A DNA stretch of 64,000 nucleotides, taken from Obrimoposthia wandeli. Its lineage: Eukaryota. Made by a program: the position numbers and the translations under genes. Of the stretch, positions 22,506-31,998 are shown one piece after another (the stretch's first letter is position 1; each line of letters begins with the position of its first letter). The DNA is taken from the NCBI GenBank assembly GCA_977020255.1, contig CDROCS010000506.1:1364001-1428000 (forward strand), given 5' to 3'. The notes under the pieces were generated by a model. That model had not been told where the DNA came from, ran no database searches, and worked only from the letters and a program-made list of their open reading frames with translations.

Positions 22506-23713
22506 TACCAAGCCCTTACATTATTGATGCCTTCGGACAGTTGGTTAAATCCTGTTATTGTTGGTAATATCTGACCGATAACACGGTTCCAACGGGTAAT
22601 TGGTGCAGCTGTTACATAAACTATGTCATAAGGTTGTAATTCAAATTCTGTACCTATAACCAAGGCTGCGGCATTGCTTATATCGAGTTGATAAATGTCA
22701 GCAATAGTATTTGTACTGTCTTTTAATTCAGCTTTTGACTCAGTCGCCGATTCAGCATTGTCTATATCAACAGCACGGTTAGCACGTACAACAAAGATAC
22801 CGGTCGCATCTGCTGCTAACTGGTTAATACCGCCAACACTGCTTAATGCTTCCGTTAGGCTCATCCCTGCACGGTCAATTTTTAATAATTTAGGTTCGTT
22901 AACTTCACCCATGACAAATACTTTTTGGCCATCGTTACGTGGCACGTGAACAATATCACCCGGCATTAATAAACGGTTTTGAGTTAAATCACCACGTTGC
23001 ATCAAGGCGTATAACGACAGTGCTTGTTCGGAACCTTGACGAGTGAGAGTGACATTACGCCAATCAGCTTCTTCCGCTAAACCACCCGCACTGTTGATTG
23101 CATCAAGTACTGTTAGTGGCACGTTGGTAATAAACTGTTGACCAGGTTTATCTACTTCACCTGTTATGTAAGTTTTTTTAGAGCGGAATGCCGCAACATT
23201 GACGTCTACTTGTGGGGTTTCGATAAACTTGGCTAATTTTTTCGTTAACATAGCGCGAATTTCAACTACCGTTTTATCTGCAACTTGAACAAAGCCGATA
23301 TAAGGATAGAAAATGCTACCGTCTGCGTGTACCCAGTTACCTGATTCACTGGCACTGCGGTAAGAACCTGCTGGAATAGTTAATTCAGGGTGGTCCCAAA
23401 TGGTCACATTTAAAATATCACCGGCACCTACGCGGTATTCATACGCCGCTAGCTTGGCATCTAATGCAGGATTAACTTGTGCACTTTGGCGCGGCGCTTT
23501 ATAGGCCGCCATTTTGTCTGCAGTTAATGGATATAGATTAACGCGATCTAAAATATCAACATTTTCTGAACTATTACCGTTATTATTATCATTATTTTCA
23601 GATTTATCGTCTATATTTAAACTATCTACATTTAAATAGCTGCCAGGTACTGTACAACCGGCTAGTATTATAGGTAAGGCCGCAGCCACCAATAATTTTT
23701 TATAATGATTCAT
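22505..23713 (-). CDS. wza: Outer-membrane polysaccharide export lipoprotein
   Basis: Lipobox LAGC, YRVGAGDILNVTIWDHPEL, SLBB domains, C-terminal amphipathic helix. Confidence 0.96.
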   Translation of the reverse strand: MNHYKKLLVAAALPIILAGCTVPGSYLNVDSLNIDDKSENNDNNNGNSSENVDILDRVNLYPLTADKMAAYKAPRQSAQVNPALDAKLAAYEYRVGAGDILNVTIWDHPELTIPAGSYRSASESGNWVHADGSIFYPYIGFVQVADKTVVEIRAMLTKKLAKFIETPQVDVNVAAFRSKKTYITGEVDKPGQQFITNVPLTVLDAINSAGGLAEEADWRNVTLTRQGSEQALSLYALMQRGDLTQNRLLMPGDIVHVPRNDGQKVFVMGEVNEPKLLKIDRAGMSLTEALSSVGGINQLAADATGIFVVRANRAVDIDNAESATESKAELKDSTNTIADIYQLDISNAAALVIGTEFELQPYDIVYVTAAPITRWNRVIGQILPTITGFNQLSEGINNVRAW

Positions 23714-23819
23714 AGGATCCAGAGTTACATCTTTTAAGTGACGGGGTTATGACCCGATAATGGGGAGTAACTAAAATAAACAAAGTCATAAGATATTTGT
23801 AATATTTAAGTTAAAAAAA

Positions 23820-23831
23820 CACGCTACCGCC
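23820..23831 (-). promoter_or_regulatory. ops element (RfaH loading site, JUMPstart-like)
   Basis: Minus strand reads GGCGGTAGCGTG, a perfect ops consensus, about 107 nt upstream of wza. Confidence 0.92.
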
Positions 23832-24198
23832 CTAGGGTTGCAGTACCCCAAGACCGATAACTAATTACATTATAAAAATAATAAATAACTGTCCACATCA
23901 ATATAGAACTTTATAAACAGTGATTTATTATCTTTTTACTTTCCTATCCACTCTCAAAAACGCTGCAATATTCGCACAATAGCCAGCATTGATCAAGTAC
24001 TTAAGTTACCCCGTAATAGATACTCCATTGTTCATTATGTATAAATAACATAGTATAGTAAAAATAGTGTAATAGAATAATGTTGGCTTTTATGCCTAAT
24101 ACCTCGTTTAATCAAGTCTACTCAAAAAAATAAGCCCTAAGTATTAACCATCAAAGCACTTAAAACGTTTTTAATATGGTTACTTCCCCTTTAAAATC

Positions 24199-24238
24199 AA
24201 AAAAGCGCAGTCGATAATATAAAATATCAAACTGCGCT
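24199..24238 (-). terminator. Intrinsic terminator downstream of the trmB-like gene
   Basis: AGCGCAGT...ACTGCGCT stem followed by a T6 run on the minus strand. Confidence 0.65.
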
Positions 24239-24300
24239 AATTAAAATTGTAAGCCTATGTAAGCATCATTAGATTTAATCTAATAACTCATGCTAGTTAA

Positions 24301-25002
24301 TCATAAATTAGCCAACAACTGCCAAGAAGTCTGACCACTCGCCCAATATTTACGTTCAAATGGTGTCGTCGCTTCATCAGCGGTATAAGTCTGTAACTCA
24401 CTCCCCACTTTAGCTAATTCCAACGCACGCTGAAACTCTTGTAAATACAGTGGCCAGTTACTACGTAACTCCAGCTCACCACCCAAAGCAATAATAGATG
24501 GGAATACCGCAGCACCATGCCAACGACGTTGCAAGTGTTTCGCTTTCGGCCAAGGGTTCGGATACAAGATATAATGCTTGTGTAACTGCCAACCCGCATC
24601 AACCGCTAAACGCCACAGATCGTTCAAATCAACTTGGAATAAGTGATAAACCTGACCATCCACTTGATGCGCATGACGATGCTGTTCGTTACGATCTAAA
24701 CGGTCTGCCGACTTATCCATACCAAACACCAAACAGTCTGGGTGCAGCTGTGCAATTTTCGCCGTACTTTCCCCCACACCACAGCATGAATCAAAGATAA
24801 TCGGACGTGGATCAGCTGCAACAATCGCCTGCATCTGCGAAAATGCTTCAACCGTATGCTGACGGTACGGCTTACGGAATTTATGCGCTAAATGCTTTAG
24901 TACCACTTCGTCTAAGTGCTCGTTCAAGCCAGTTTGGTTAGTGGTGATCTCGCGAGAGTTACCCATAGCGTCGTCTTGTTCTGTTTGTTTTGATACGTTC
25001 AT
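24301..25002 (-). CDS. TrmB-like SAM-dependent methyltransferase (divergent)
   Basis: DSCCGVGES, GMDKS, YPNPWPKAKHLQRRW, LRSNW, TPFERKY resemble TrmB motifs; true start may be Met13. Confidence 0.7.
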   Translation of the reverse strand: MNVSKQTEQDDAMGNSREITTNQTGLNEHLDEVVLKHLAHKFRKPYRQHTVEAFSQMQAIVAADPRPIIFDSCCGVGESTAKIAQLHPDCLVFGMDKSADRLDRNEQHRHAHQVDGQVYHLFQVDLNDLWRLAVDAGWQLHKHYILYPNPWPKAKHLQRRWHGAAVFPSIIALGGELELRSNWPLYLQEFQRALELAKVGSELQTYTADEATTPFERKYWASGQTSWQLLANL

Positions 25003-25041
25003 GTCTTTTACCGAGTTTTTAAATATTTAGTGATTAGAGCG

Positions 25042-25156
25042 GACCCCCTCCCAACCTCCCCCTAAAGTTAAGGGGAGGAGTAAGAGAAAAACCAAATGCA
25101 GTCTGCACTTGGTTTTAGTCCCCTCCCTTTTCTTAGGGGAGGGCTAGGGTGGGGTC
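25042..25156. repeat. Bipartite palindromic repeat doublet, copy 1 (A unit - linker - inverted B unit)
   Basis: GACCCCCTCCCAACCTCCCCCTAAAGTTAAGGGGAGGAG...CCCTCCCTTTTCTTAGGGGAGGGCTAGGGTGGGGTC; linker hairpin ACCAAATGCAGTCTGCACTTGGT. Confidence 0.92.
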
Positions 25157-25186
25157 TTATTTATTGCCTTAAAAAGCTAAGAGCTC

Positions 25187-25975
25187 TTAACTTCTTAAAC
25201 CTACACCTTTACTGATCAAGCGATATACCAGTGTATATAACACTGCAATGAAACCGATAATGACAGCAAATGAATAGAATAATGGAATATTTTCAATACC
25301 GAGGAAACCATTACGGAACGCGCTGACCATATAGATAATCGGGTTGGCGTGTGAAATAGTTTCCCATACAGGCGGTAGTAATGACGTTGAGTAAAACACC
25401 CCACCTAAATAGGTCAATGGCGTTAATATAAACGTAGGGATAATTGAAATATCATCAAAGCTTTTAGCAAAGATGGCATTTAATAAACCCGCTAACGCGA
25501 ATAAAATCGACGTTAGTAATAACGTAGTGACGATCACTAATACACTGTTGATCTGTAGTGGCACAAAGAACAGCGATACGCAGGTAACAATAAAGCCCAC
25601 CAGCACACCACGTGCAACACCACCACCGACATAACCCGCAATAATGATATACGTAGGTACTGGCGATACTAACAGTTCTTCAATATTGCCTTGGAACTTC
25701 GCACTGTAAAACGACGACGCCACATTCGAATATGAATTGGTGATCACCGACATCATGATCAAACCAGGTACGATAAACGCCATATAACTAAAGCCATCCA
25801 TCTGCCCTACGCGAGAACCGATCAGATTACCGAATATCACAAAGTACAACGACATTGTAATAGCTGGCGGCACTAATGTTTGCACCCAAATACGGGTAAA
25901 ACGGGTGATCTCTTTATTTAAAATACTTTTAAACGCGATTAAATAATTCTGTTTCATTTTAACTAACCTATTCAA
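25187..25975 (-). CDS. yadH: ABC-2 transporter permease
   Basis: KEITRFTRIWVQTLVPP, FIVPGLIMMSVITNSYSNVASSF, PLTYLGGVFYS. Confidence 0.92.
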   Translation of the reverse strand: MNRLVKMKQNYLIAFKSILNKEITRFTRIWVQTLVPPAITMSLYFVIFGNLIGSRVGQMDGFSYMAFIVPGLIMMSVITNSYSNVASSFYSAKFQGNIEELLVSPVPTYIIIAGYVGGGVARGVLVGFIVTCVSLFFVPLQINSVLVIVTTLLLTSILFALAGLLNAIFAKSFDDISIIPTFILTPLTYLGGVFYSTSLLPPVWETISHANPIIYMVSAFRNGFLGIENIPLFYSFAVIIGFIAVLYTLVYRLISKGVGLRS

Positions 25976-25985
25976 GTGTAATACA

Positions 25986-26041
25986 GATCCCCTCCCAGCC
26001 TCTCCCTACTCTTTATTTATAAAAAGTAAAAAGGGGAGGAG
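25986..26041. repeat. Single A-type palindromic unit with enlarged loop (copy 2)
   Basis: GATCCCCTCCCAGCCTCTCCC-(TACTCTTTATTTATAAAAAGTAAAAA)-GGGGAGGAG, same ends as the A unit. Confidence 0.75.
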
Positions 26042-26091
26042 CAAGGCAAGGTCAAAACCTTACGCAGTCTTTGCTTCGGTCAAAATACATA

Positions 26092-26189
26092 ACGAATTCA
26101 TTAAAGAAAGAGAACTGTTGTTGGCAGGGATGCCAACCCAAGGCTACATGGATGTATTTACGCCGTGCTCTCGTCTTTAATCAATTCGT
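26092..26189. repeat. MITE-like long inverted repeat enclosing two GGA-loop hairpins
   Basis: ACGAATTCATTAAAGAAAGAGAAC versus the reverse complement of the right end ACGAATTGATTAAAGACGAGAGCAC; inner GTTGGCA-GGGA-TGCCAAC and TACA-TGGA-TGTA. Confidence 0.65.
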
Positions 26190-26205
26190 GGCTAAGCAGC
26201 AGCAA

Positions 26206-27132
26206 TTAAGCCTGCGCTTGACGCCCCTGCTCCACTATATCCATAAACAACGCTTCTAAACGATTCTCTTTATTACGGATACCCTGTACTTGAATATCCA
26301 TCGCCGCTAATTGTGCGAATAACGAATTCAAACCACGGCTCTTAGCCACGTCTACTTCTAAAGTATGATCATCCAATAATCGACAACTGTAACCGTCTAA
26401 TTCAGGCTTGATTAATTGGCTGTTAATATCAAGAAGGTAGGATTCACTATTAAGTTTCGATAACAGCGACTTCATCGAAGTATTCTCGATTAATAGGCCT
26501 TTATCAATAATGCCAATATTACGGCACAGCATTTCTGCTTCTTCTAAATAATGTGTCGTCAGGATAATCGTAATACCCTGCTCGTTCTTACGTTGCAAGA
26601 ACTCCCACATAGTACGGCGCAGTTCAATATCTACACCTGCTGTTGGTTCATCTAAAATAAGTAACTGTGGGTTATGTACTAACGCACGTGCGATCATTAA
26701 TCGGCGTTTCATACCACCCGATAAATTACGCGCTGCTTCATGGCGTTTATCCCATAATTCCAGCTGTTTTAGCAATGCTTCACAACGCACCAACGCTTCT
26801 TTACGTGGCACGCCGTAATAACCCGCTTGATTGACAATAATGTTTTCAATCTTCTCAAACGGATTAAAATTAAATTCTTGTGGTACTAAACCAATATGGC
26901 TCTTTGCCGCTTCAAGGTCAGTATCAATATCAAAACCGAAGATCTTAACTTGCCCTGCTGTTTTATTTACCAGTGAGCTCATCACGCCGATCGTTGTCGA
27001 TTTACCAGCACCATTAGGCCCTAGTAGCGCATAAAAATCGCCTTTAGCTACGGTTAGATCTATATTTTTTACCGCCTGAACTCCGCCAGAATACGTCTTC
27101 TGGAGCCCTTTTATTTCAAGTGCTAACGTCAT
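26206..27132 (-). CDS. yadG: ABC transporter ATP-binding protein
   Basis: GPNGAGKST, LSGGMKRR, ILDEPT, TTHYLEEAE. Confidence 0.93.
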   Translation of the reverse strand: MTLALEIKGLQKTYSGGVQAVKNIDLTVAKGDFYALLGPNGAGKSTTIGVMSSLVNKTAGQVKIFGFDIDTDLEAAKSHIGLVPQEFNFNPFEKIENIIVNQAGYYGVPRKEALVRCEALLKQLELWDKRHEAARNLSGGMKRRLMIARALVHNPQLLILDEPTAGVDIELRRTMWEFLQRKNEQGITIILTTHYLEEAEMLCRNIGIIDKGLLIENTSMKSLLSKLNSESYLLDINSQLIKPELDGYSCRLLDDHTLEVDVAKSRGLNSLFAQLAAMDIQVQGIRNKENRLEALFMDIVEQGRQAQA

Positions 27133-27215
27133 GTGATGGACAAATCCAGTAAAGAATGGGAGCTGAATTATACTGGAAAGTGGTAGAAATGCTAGTTAAA
27201 GACCCCCTTAGACAT

Positions 27216-27329
27216 GACCCCACCCTAGCCCTCCCCTTAAGTAAAGGGAGGGAACAAAGCCAAATGCATACTGCACTTATGTTAGTTCTTTCTCCTCCCC
27301 TTATTTTAGGGGGAGGCTGGGAGGGGGTC
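27216..27329. repeat. Bipartite palindromic repeat doublet, copy 3 (B - linker - inverted A)
   Basis: GACCCCACCCTAGCCCTCCCCTTAAGTAAAGGGAGGG...CCTCCCCTTATTTTAGGGGGAGGCTGGGAGGGGGTC; linker GCCAAATGCATACTGCACTT. Confidence 0.92.
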
Positions 27330-27376
27330 TATCTTAGGCGGTTAGGCAGGTTATGTCTTAGGCTTATTACTAGAAG

Positions 27377-27910
27377 TTAACCTTCTAACGGTACAACTTT
27401 ACCTACGTAAGGCAAGTTACGGTATTTTTGACCGTAATCGATACCATAACCAACAACGAATTCATCAGGGATCTCAAAACCAACCCAATCAACAGGCACT
27501 GCAACTTCACGACGAGAAGGCTTATCAAGTAACGTAGTGATAGTAATTGATTTAGGGTCGCGCAGTTCTAACATAGTCTTGATCTTGCTTAACGTGAAGC
27601 CCGTATCAATGATGTCTTCAACGATAAGTACATCTTTACCTTTAATGTCGCTATCTAAGTCTTTTAAGATACGTACATCACGGTTACTTTCCATTGAATT
27701 ACCGTAACTTGACGCTGTCATGAAATCTAATTCAACCGGTAAATTAATGTGACGACACAGATCCGACATATAAATAACCGAGCCACGTAATAAACAAACA
27801 ATGATTAGCGTATCAGTATCTTTATAATGTGTTTCAATTTGTGCCGCTAACTCTTTTACTTTTGCTTGCACGTCAGCTTCAGTGATCATCACTTCAACAG
27901 TGTGTTTCAT
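27377..27910 (-). CDS. hpt: Hypoxanthine phosphoribosyltransferase
   Basis: [33 protein letters not shown]. Confidence 0.97.
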   Translation of the reverse strand: MKHTVEVMITEADVQAKVKELAAQIETHYKDTDTLIIVCLLRGSVIYMSDLCRHINLPVELDFMTASSYGNSMESNRDVRILKDLDSDIKGKDVLIVEDIIDTGFTLSKIKTMLELRDPKSITITTLLDKPSRREVAVPVDWVGFEIPDEFVVGYGIDYGQKYRNLPYVGKVVPLEG

Positions 27911-28207
27911 ATTAACTTCTCCAAACGATTGCAGTACTGCAGGCAGTAATTACAATCAAAAATAGGGTTATCTTATAATTCAAGAATAACATCTCAAATA
28001 TATCTGCCCGTAGTTTAACAGCCCTGCGGCAATAATCTAAACTGTTTCATAAAAAATAGCCTTGTTTCACTCGTGCCGTGGTTGCTAATACAGCGGTAAA
28101 ACTGTGATTAGTTTCGCAGTACGGTTGAATTCAATATCAGCCTAGTGATAGCATTAACAATAATTTAACAAGTGAACGTCTTTTAGCAGATTTTCACGCA
28201 CTCTTGG

Positions 28208-28849
28208 ATGCTACAACATATGGAAATGCCTGCAGTAATAAGACGCCGAACCCGCCTCTCTCCCGAAGCACGTCGTGAACAATTGATGCAGTGTGCCATC
28301 GAAGTATTCTCTAAACGTGGCCTTGGCCGTGCTGGTCATGCAGAAATAGCCCAGTTAGCGCAAGTCTCAGTCGCCACGGTATTCAACTACTTCAGCAGCA
28401 GAGAACAACTGGTTGATAATGTCTTAATACAAATTGAAGATTTTTTCAGTAACATGGTGCGTAAGAACTTTATTGATATTAGCGAGCAGCAACCAAAAAG
28501 CGCCCACCAAGCCATTCATGATTATTTAGCCGATTTTGTCGATGCCGCAATCAACAATCCACAATTCACTTATATCTGGCTAGAGTGGAGTTCGTCTATT
28601 CGTGAAGATACCTGGCCACGTTATCTGGCTTTACTCGACAGCAATATTGCTATTATCAGTAACAAGATTGAACCCGCTATCGCATCAGGCGAAATAAATA
28701 CTTATTTAACCACCAAGGAGTTTGCTCGTAGTCTCTGTAATCAAGGTTACATGATCTTACAGTTGGTGAATCAACCAAAGGCAATGGACAGAGAAGGGAT
28801 TATTGCGTTTTTAGAGAAGTACGTAACGTCTGCGCTGGCTAAAAGATAG
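28208..28849 (+). CDS. litR: TetR-family regulator of the LitR/HapR/LuxR(Vh)/SmcR group
   Basis: RRRTRLSPEARREQL...AIEVFSKRGLGRAGHAEIA...VSVATVFNYF; divergent from hpt, as for Vibrio hapR/luxR. Confidence 0.8.
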   Translation: MLQHMEMPAVIRRRTRLSPEARREQLMQCAIEVFSKRGLGRAGHAEIAQLAQVSVATVFNYFSSREQLVDNVLIQIEDFFSNMVRKNFIDISEQQPKSAHQAIHDYLADFVDAAINNPQFTYIWLEWSSSIREDTWPRYLALLDSNIAIISNKIEPAIASGEINTYLTTKEFARSLCNQGYMILQLVNQPKAMDREGIIAFLEKYVTSALAKR

Positions 28850-28879
28850 AGAAGAGATGACCGCTCCCAGCCAAAGAAC

Positions 28880-28987
28880 GACCCCCTCCCAACCTCCCCC
28901 TAAAGTTAAGGGGAGGAGCAAGAGAAAAGTAAAACGATCGCTGTTTAATCCCCTCCCTTTTCTTAAGGGGAGGGTTAGGGTGGGGTC
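28880..28987. repeat. Bipartite palindromic repeat doublet, copy 4 (A - linker - inverted B)
   Basis: GACCCCCTCCCAACCTCCCCCTAAAGTTAAGGGGAGGAG...CCCTCCCTTTTCTTAAGGGGAGGGTTAGGGTGGGGTC between convergent litR and ubiX. Confidence 0.92.
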
Positions 28988-29015
28988 TGTCTAGGTCTGG
29001 TCGTCCGTCTAGCCT

Positions 29016-29636
29016 TTACCTTCCCCACCCAGCATAAATGTCCTGGTCCACCTCTAAATGGTCCAGAATACGTGCCACCATCAAATCAATTAAATCATCT
29101 AATGTTTTAGGCTTACGATAAAAACCCGGTGCAGCTGGCATGATAGTGACCCCTAAGCGCGATAACTTCAGCATGTTTTCTAAATGAATTGGTGACAGTG
29201 GCGTTTCACGTGGGATCAGCACTAACTGACCGCGCTCTTTTAATACCACATCCGCAGCACGTTGTAATAAGTTGGTCGACATACCTTGGGCAACAGCCGC
29301 GACGGTCCCCATGCTGCAAGGACAGATCACCATTTGTTTTGGCGCGCCTGAACCTGATGCGACAGGCGAGAACCAATCTTTACTGCTAGGTACCAACAAC
29401 TGCCCTGCTTTCGCTTGGTATTTATCGGTTAAAAATAATTGCAGTGATTTATTATCCGCAGGCCATTTTTCATCAGTCTCTGTTGCCATCACCACTTTTG
29501 CAGCATCCGACATCAACAAATGCACTTGTACATTCGCCGCTAATAATAATTCCAATAAACGTACCGCGTATTGTGAGCCTGATGCGCCACTGATACCCAA
29601 GGTAATACGTCTACTGAATTCTGTTTTAGTTTGCAT
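29016..29636 (-). CDS. ubiX: Flavin prenyltransferase
   Basis: [38 protein letters not shown]. Confidence 0.95.
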   Translation of the reverse strand: MQTKTEFSRRITLGISGASGSQYAVRLLELLLAANVQVHLLMSDAAKVVMATETDEKWPADNKSLQLFLTDKYQAKAGQLLVPSSKDWFSPVASGSGAPKQMVICPCSMGTVAAVAQGMSTNLLQRAADVVLKERGQLVLIPRETPLSPIHLENMLKLSRLGVTIMPAAPGFYRKPKTLDDLIDLMVARILDHLEVDQDIYAGWGR

Positions 29637-29699
29637 GGTGCTTATCGCCCTTGTTCATATAAATCACTATTACTCATTCTATTTATTCATTTAACTATT

Positions 29700-31118
29700 C
29701 TATAGCTGCGCTAGCAACTTATCATGAATACCAGCAAAGCCACCATTACTCATAATTAGTACATGACAAGGACCATCCTCAGCATGGGCTCGTTTACTGA
29801 TCTCGGCAATCAAGCTATCAATCTGCTGATGAATAACCGCTTTATCGTTATTACTAACACCAGAATAATTACCAACACACAATTCATCAGCAACAGGCTG
29901 TAGATTCCAATCTAGACCTTCAGGTTGGTATAACAACACATCATCAGCCACAGTTAACGATTGCGCTAACGCTTGCTGATGCGTGCCCATACGCATAGTG
30001 TTAGAACGAGGTTCCAATACTGCAATAATACGCTCACCACCCACAGCAGCACGTAACCCAGCTAATGTAGTGGTAATAGCGGTAGGATGATGGGCAAAGT
30101 CATCGTATACACGAATACCTTGAACATCACCTTTGACTTCCATGCGGCGTTTCGGGGTTTTAAACTCACCTAATCCTGCTATAGCTTGGTTTAATTCCAC
30201 ACCCGCATAATGCGCAGCGGCGATCGCCATCATACCGTTTTGCAAATTATGCTCGCCAATCAAATTCCACTTCACAGTGCCAGTTAATTCACCTTTGCAG
30301 TAAACTTCAAATTCACTCGCGTCTGCACGTAGTTTTTTAGCTTGCCAGTGACTATCATGATCATCCCGTCCTTCCTCACTTTCTAAAGACAAGCGCTGCA
30401 CTGGCGTCCAGCAACCTTGCGCTTTCACTTCATCCAATGCTGGTACGTTATCTGGCATCAAGATCAAGCCATTACCCGGTACGGTTCTAACAACGTGATG
30501 AAATTGGCGTTGAATAGCGGCTAAGTCAGGGAAGATATCAGCGTGATCATATTCCAAGTTATTCATGATCAGGGTATTGGGTTGGTAATGCACAAACTTA
30601 GAGCGCTTATCGAAAAAGGCAGTATCGTATTCATCGGCTTCAATAACAAAGAAATAACCGCCGCCTAAACGTGCTGATTCAGTAAAGTTCTGTGGTACGC
30701 CGCCGATTAGAAATCCAGGCTCGAGTCCAGCGTATTCTAATATCCACGCCACCATAGCAGCTGTAGTAGTCTTACCATGAGTACCCGACGCGGCAATCAC
30801 ATAACGGTGTTGTAATAAATGTTCTGATAGCCACTGCGGGCCTGAGGTATAAGCCAGTTTGCGATTAAGCATGTACTCGACACACGGATTACCACGTGAC
30901 ATGGCATTACCGACAATGACCATATCTGGCGCTGGATCAAGCTGGCTTGGATCATAGCCTTCAATTAACTCGATACCTTGCTGTTCTAGCTGGGTGCTCA
31001 TCGGCGGATAGACATTGGCATCCGACCCAGTGACTTTATAACCGAGCTGCTTAGCGAGTACCGCAATGCCCCCCATGAAAGTACCGCAAATACCGAGAAT
31101 ATGTATATGTTTAGACAT
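29700..31118 (-). CDS. mpl: Murein tripeptide ligase
   Basis: HILGICGTFMGG, GTHGKTTT, EADEYDTAFFDKRSKF, DDFAHHPTAI, EPRSNTM. Confidence 0.96.
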   Translation of the reverse strand: MSKHIHILGICGTFMGGIAVLAKQLGYKVTGSDANVYPPMSTQLEQQGIELIEGYDPSQLDPAPDMVIVGNAMSRGNPCVEYMLNRKLAYTSGPQWLSEHLLQHRYVIAASGTHGKTTTAAMVAWILEYAGLEPGFLIGGVPQNFTESARLGGGYFFVIEADEYDTAFFDKRSKFVHYQPNTLIMNNLEYDHADIFPDLAAIQRQFHHVVRTVPGNGLILMPDNVPALDEVKAQGCWTPVQRLSLESEEGRDDHDSHWQAKKLRADASEFEVYCKGELTGTVKWNLIGEHNLQNGMMAIAAAHYAGVELNQAIAGLGEFKTPKRRMEVKGDVQGIRVYDDFAHHPTAITTTLAGLRAAVGGERIIAVLEPRSNTMRMGTHQQALAQSLTVADDVLLYQPEGLDWNLQPVADELCVGNYSGVSNNDKAVIHQQIDSLIAEISKRAHAEDGPCHVLIMSNGGFAGIHDKLLAQL

Positions 31119-31122
31119 CAGA

Positions 31123-31887
31123 TTACCCTTTTGAACGAAATTTATGATGTACGCGATTGATCGTCACACCGATAATGACACCAAACAGCAATAACAACAG
31201 AAACAATAATAAAATAGATTTAGTGGCATCAAACTGGAAAATAGTGAAGGTTTTCAGCATCTCTTGATAACTAAAATGCAGTTGTAAAAAGCCTACCGGT
31301 TTATTCTGTAATTCGCCCGCCAGTATCGGTTTTAAATATACCCGCACACCTGTTGGAGCCTCATACTTTTTGTTGGCGATGAGCTGCCCGACATAATCTT
31401 CATCTGAAGAACTTAATAACTTACCATTTTCAGAAAAAATATGCAGACCAGTCACATACTGATTTTCGCTTACCTCATCCACCAGCTGCTGTAACTGTTT
31501 TCTACTCTTAATTCGAGTGCTCTTATCTTCGGAATCACGTTCAACAATCAGATTAGCCGCCATTTTAGTCGGATAATCTAATAATGAATGTACCAACATA
31601 TCCACTTGATTATAACGAGACGCGGTTACATTGTTATACAACGAGATGGCAATAAAAATAAACAAGGTACACAGACTTAATGCGATCAGTAATGAGGTTT
31701 GCCCTTTTAGAAATCGACTCCGGCGCTTAGACTTACTGTCCTTACTGTCCTTACTGTCCTTACTGTCTTTACTGTCTTTACTGTCTTTACTGTCTTTACT
31801 GTCAAAAGCTTTGCTCGCCTGTTGAGTCGCTAAATGCGGTTCATGTGGCACAAGCTCTGAGTCTACAGGCTTGTCATTATTCTTCAT
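31123..31887 (-). CDS. AhpA/YtjB (Smp)-like membrane protein with N-terminal (DSK)8 repeat
   Basis: Two TM segments flanking a periplasmic domain; divergent from serB, as ytjB/smp is. Start set at Met17 of the ORF track. Confidence 0.55.
   Translation of the reverse strand: MKNNDKPVDSELVPHEPHLATQQASKAFDSKDSKDSKDSKDSKDSKDSKDSKSKRRSRFLKGQTSLLIALSLCTLFIFIAISLYNNVTASRYNQVDMLVHSLLDYPTKMAANLIVERDSEDKSTRIKSRKQLQQLVDEVSENQYVTGLHIFSENGKLLSSSDEDYVGQLIANKKYEAPTGVRVYLKPILAGELQNKPVGFLQLHFSYQEMLKTFTIFQFDATKSILLLFLLLLLFGVIIGVTINRVHHKFRSKG
31732..31803. repeat. 9-bp coding VNTR, 8 units
   Basis: (CTTACTGTC)x4 then (TTTACTGTC)x4; encodes DSK x8 on the minus strand. Confidence 0.97.
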
Positions 31888-31998
31888 TTTAACCACAGCA
31901 AGATCCTTTCTGAATAGCGTAATTACGAATCGCAATTTTAAGGCTAATGCGTTATCTTTGCTAGTAGTAACCTATCGTTTACAAGGATTAGTAGCAAA

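Noticed and set aside
26092-26189. Integron attC/VCR site
   Set aside because: Ends do not fit RYYYAAC...GTTRRRY, and there is no cassette array or integrase.
27156-27380. 74-aa + strand ORF
   Set aside because: Spans repeat copy 3; the peptide is a translation of the palindromes.
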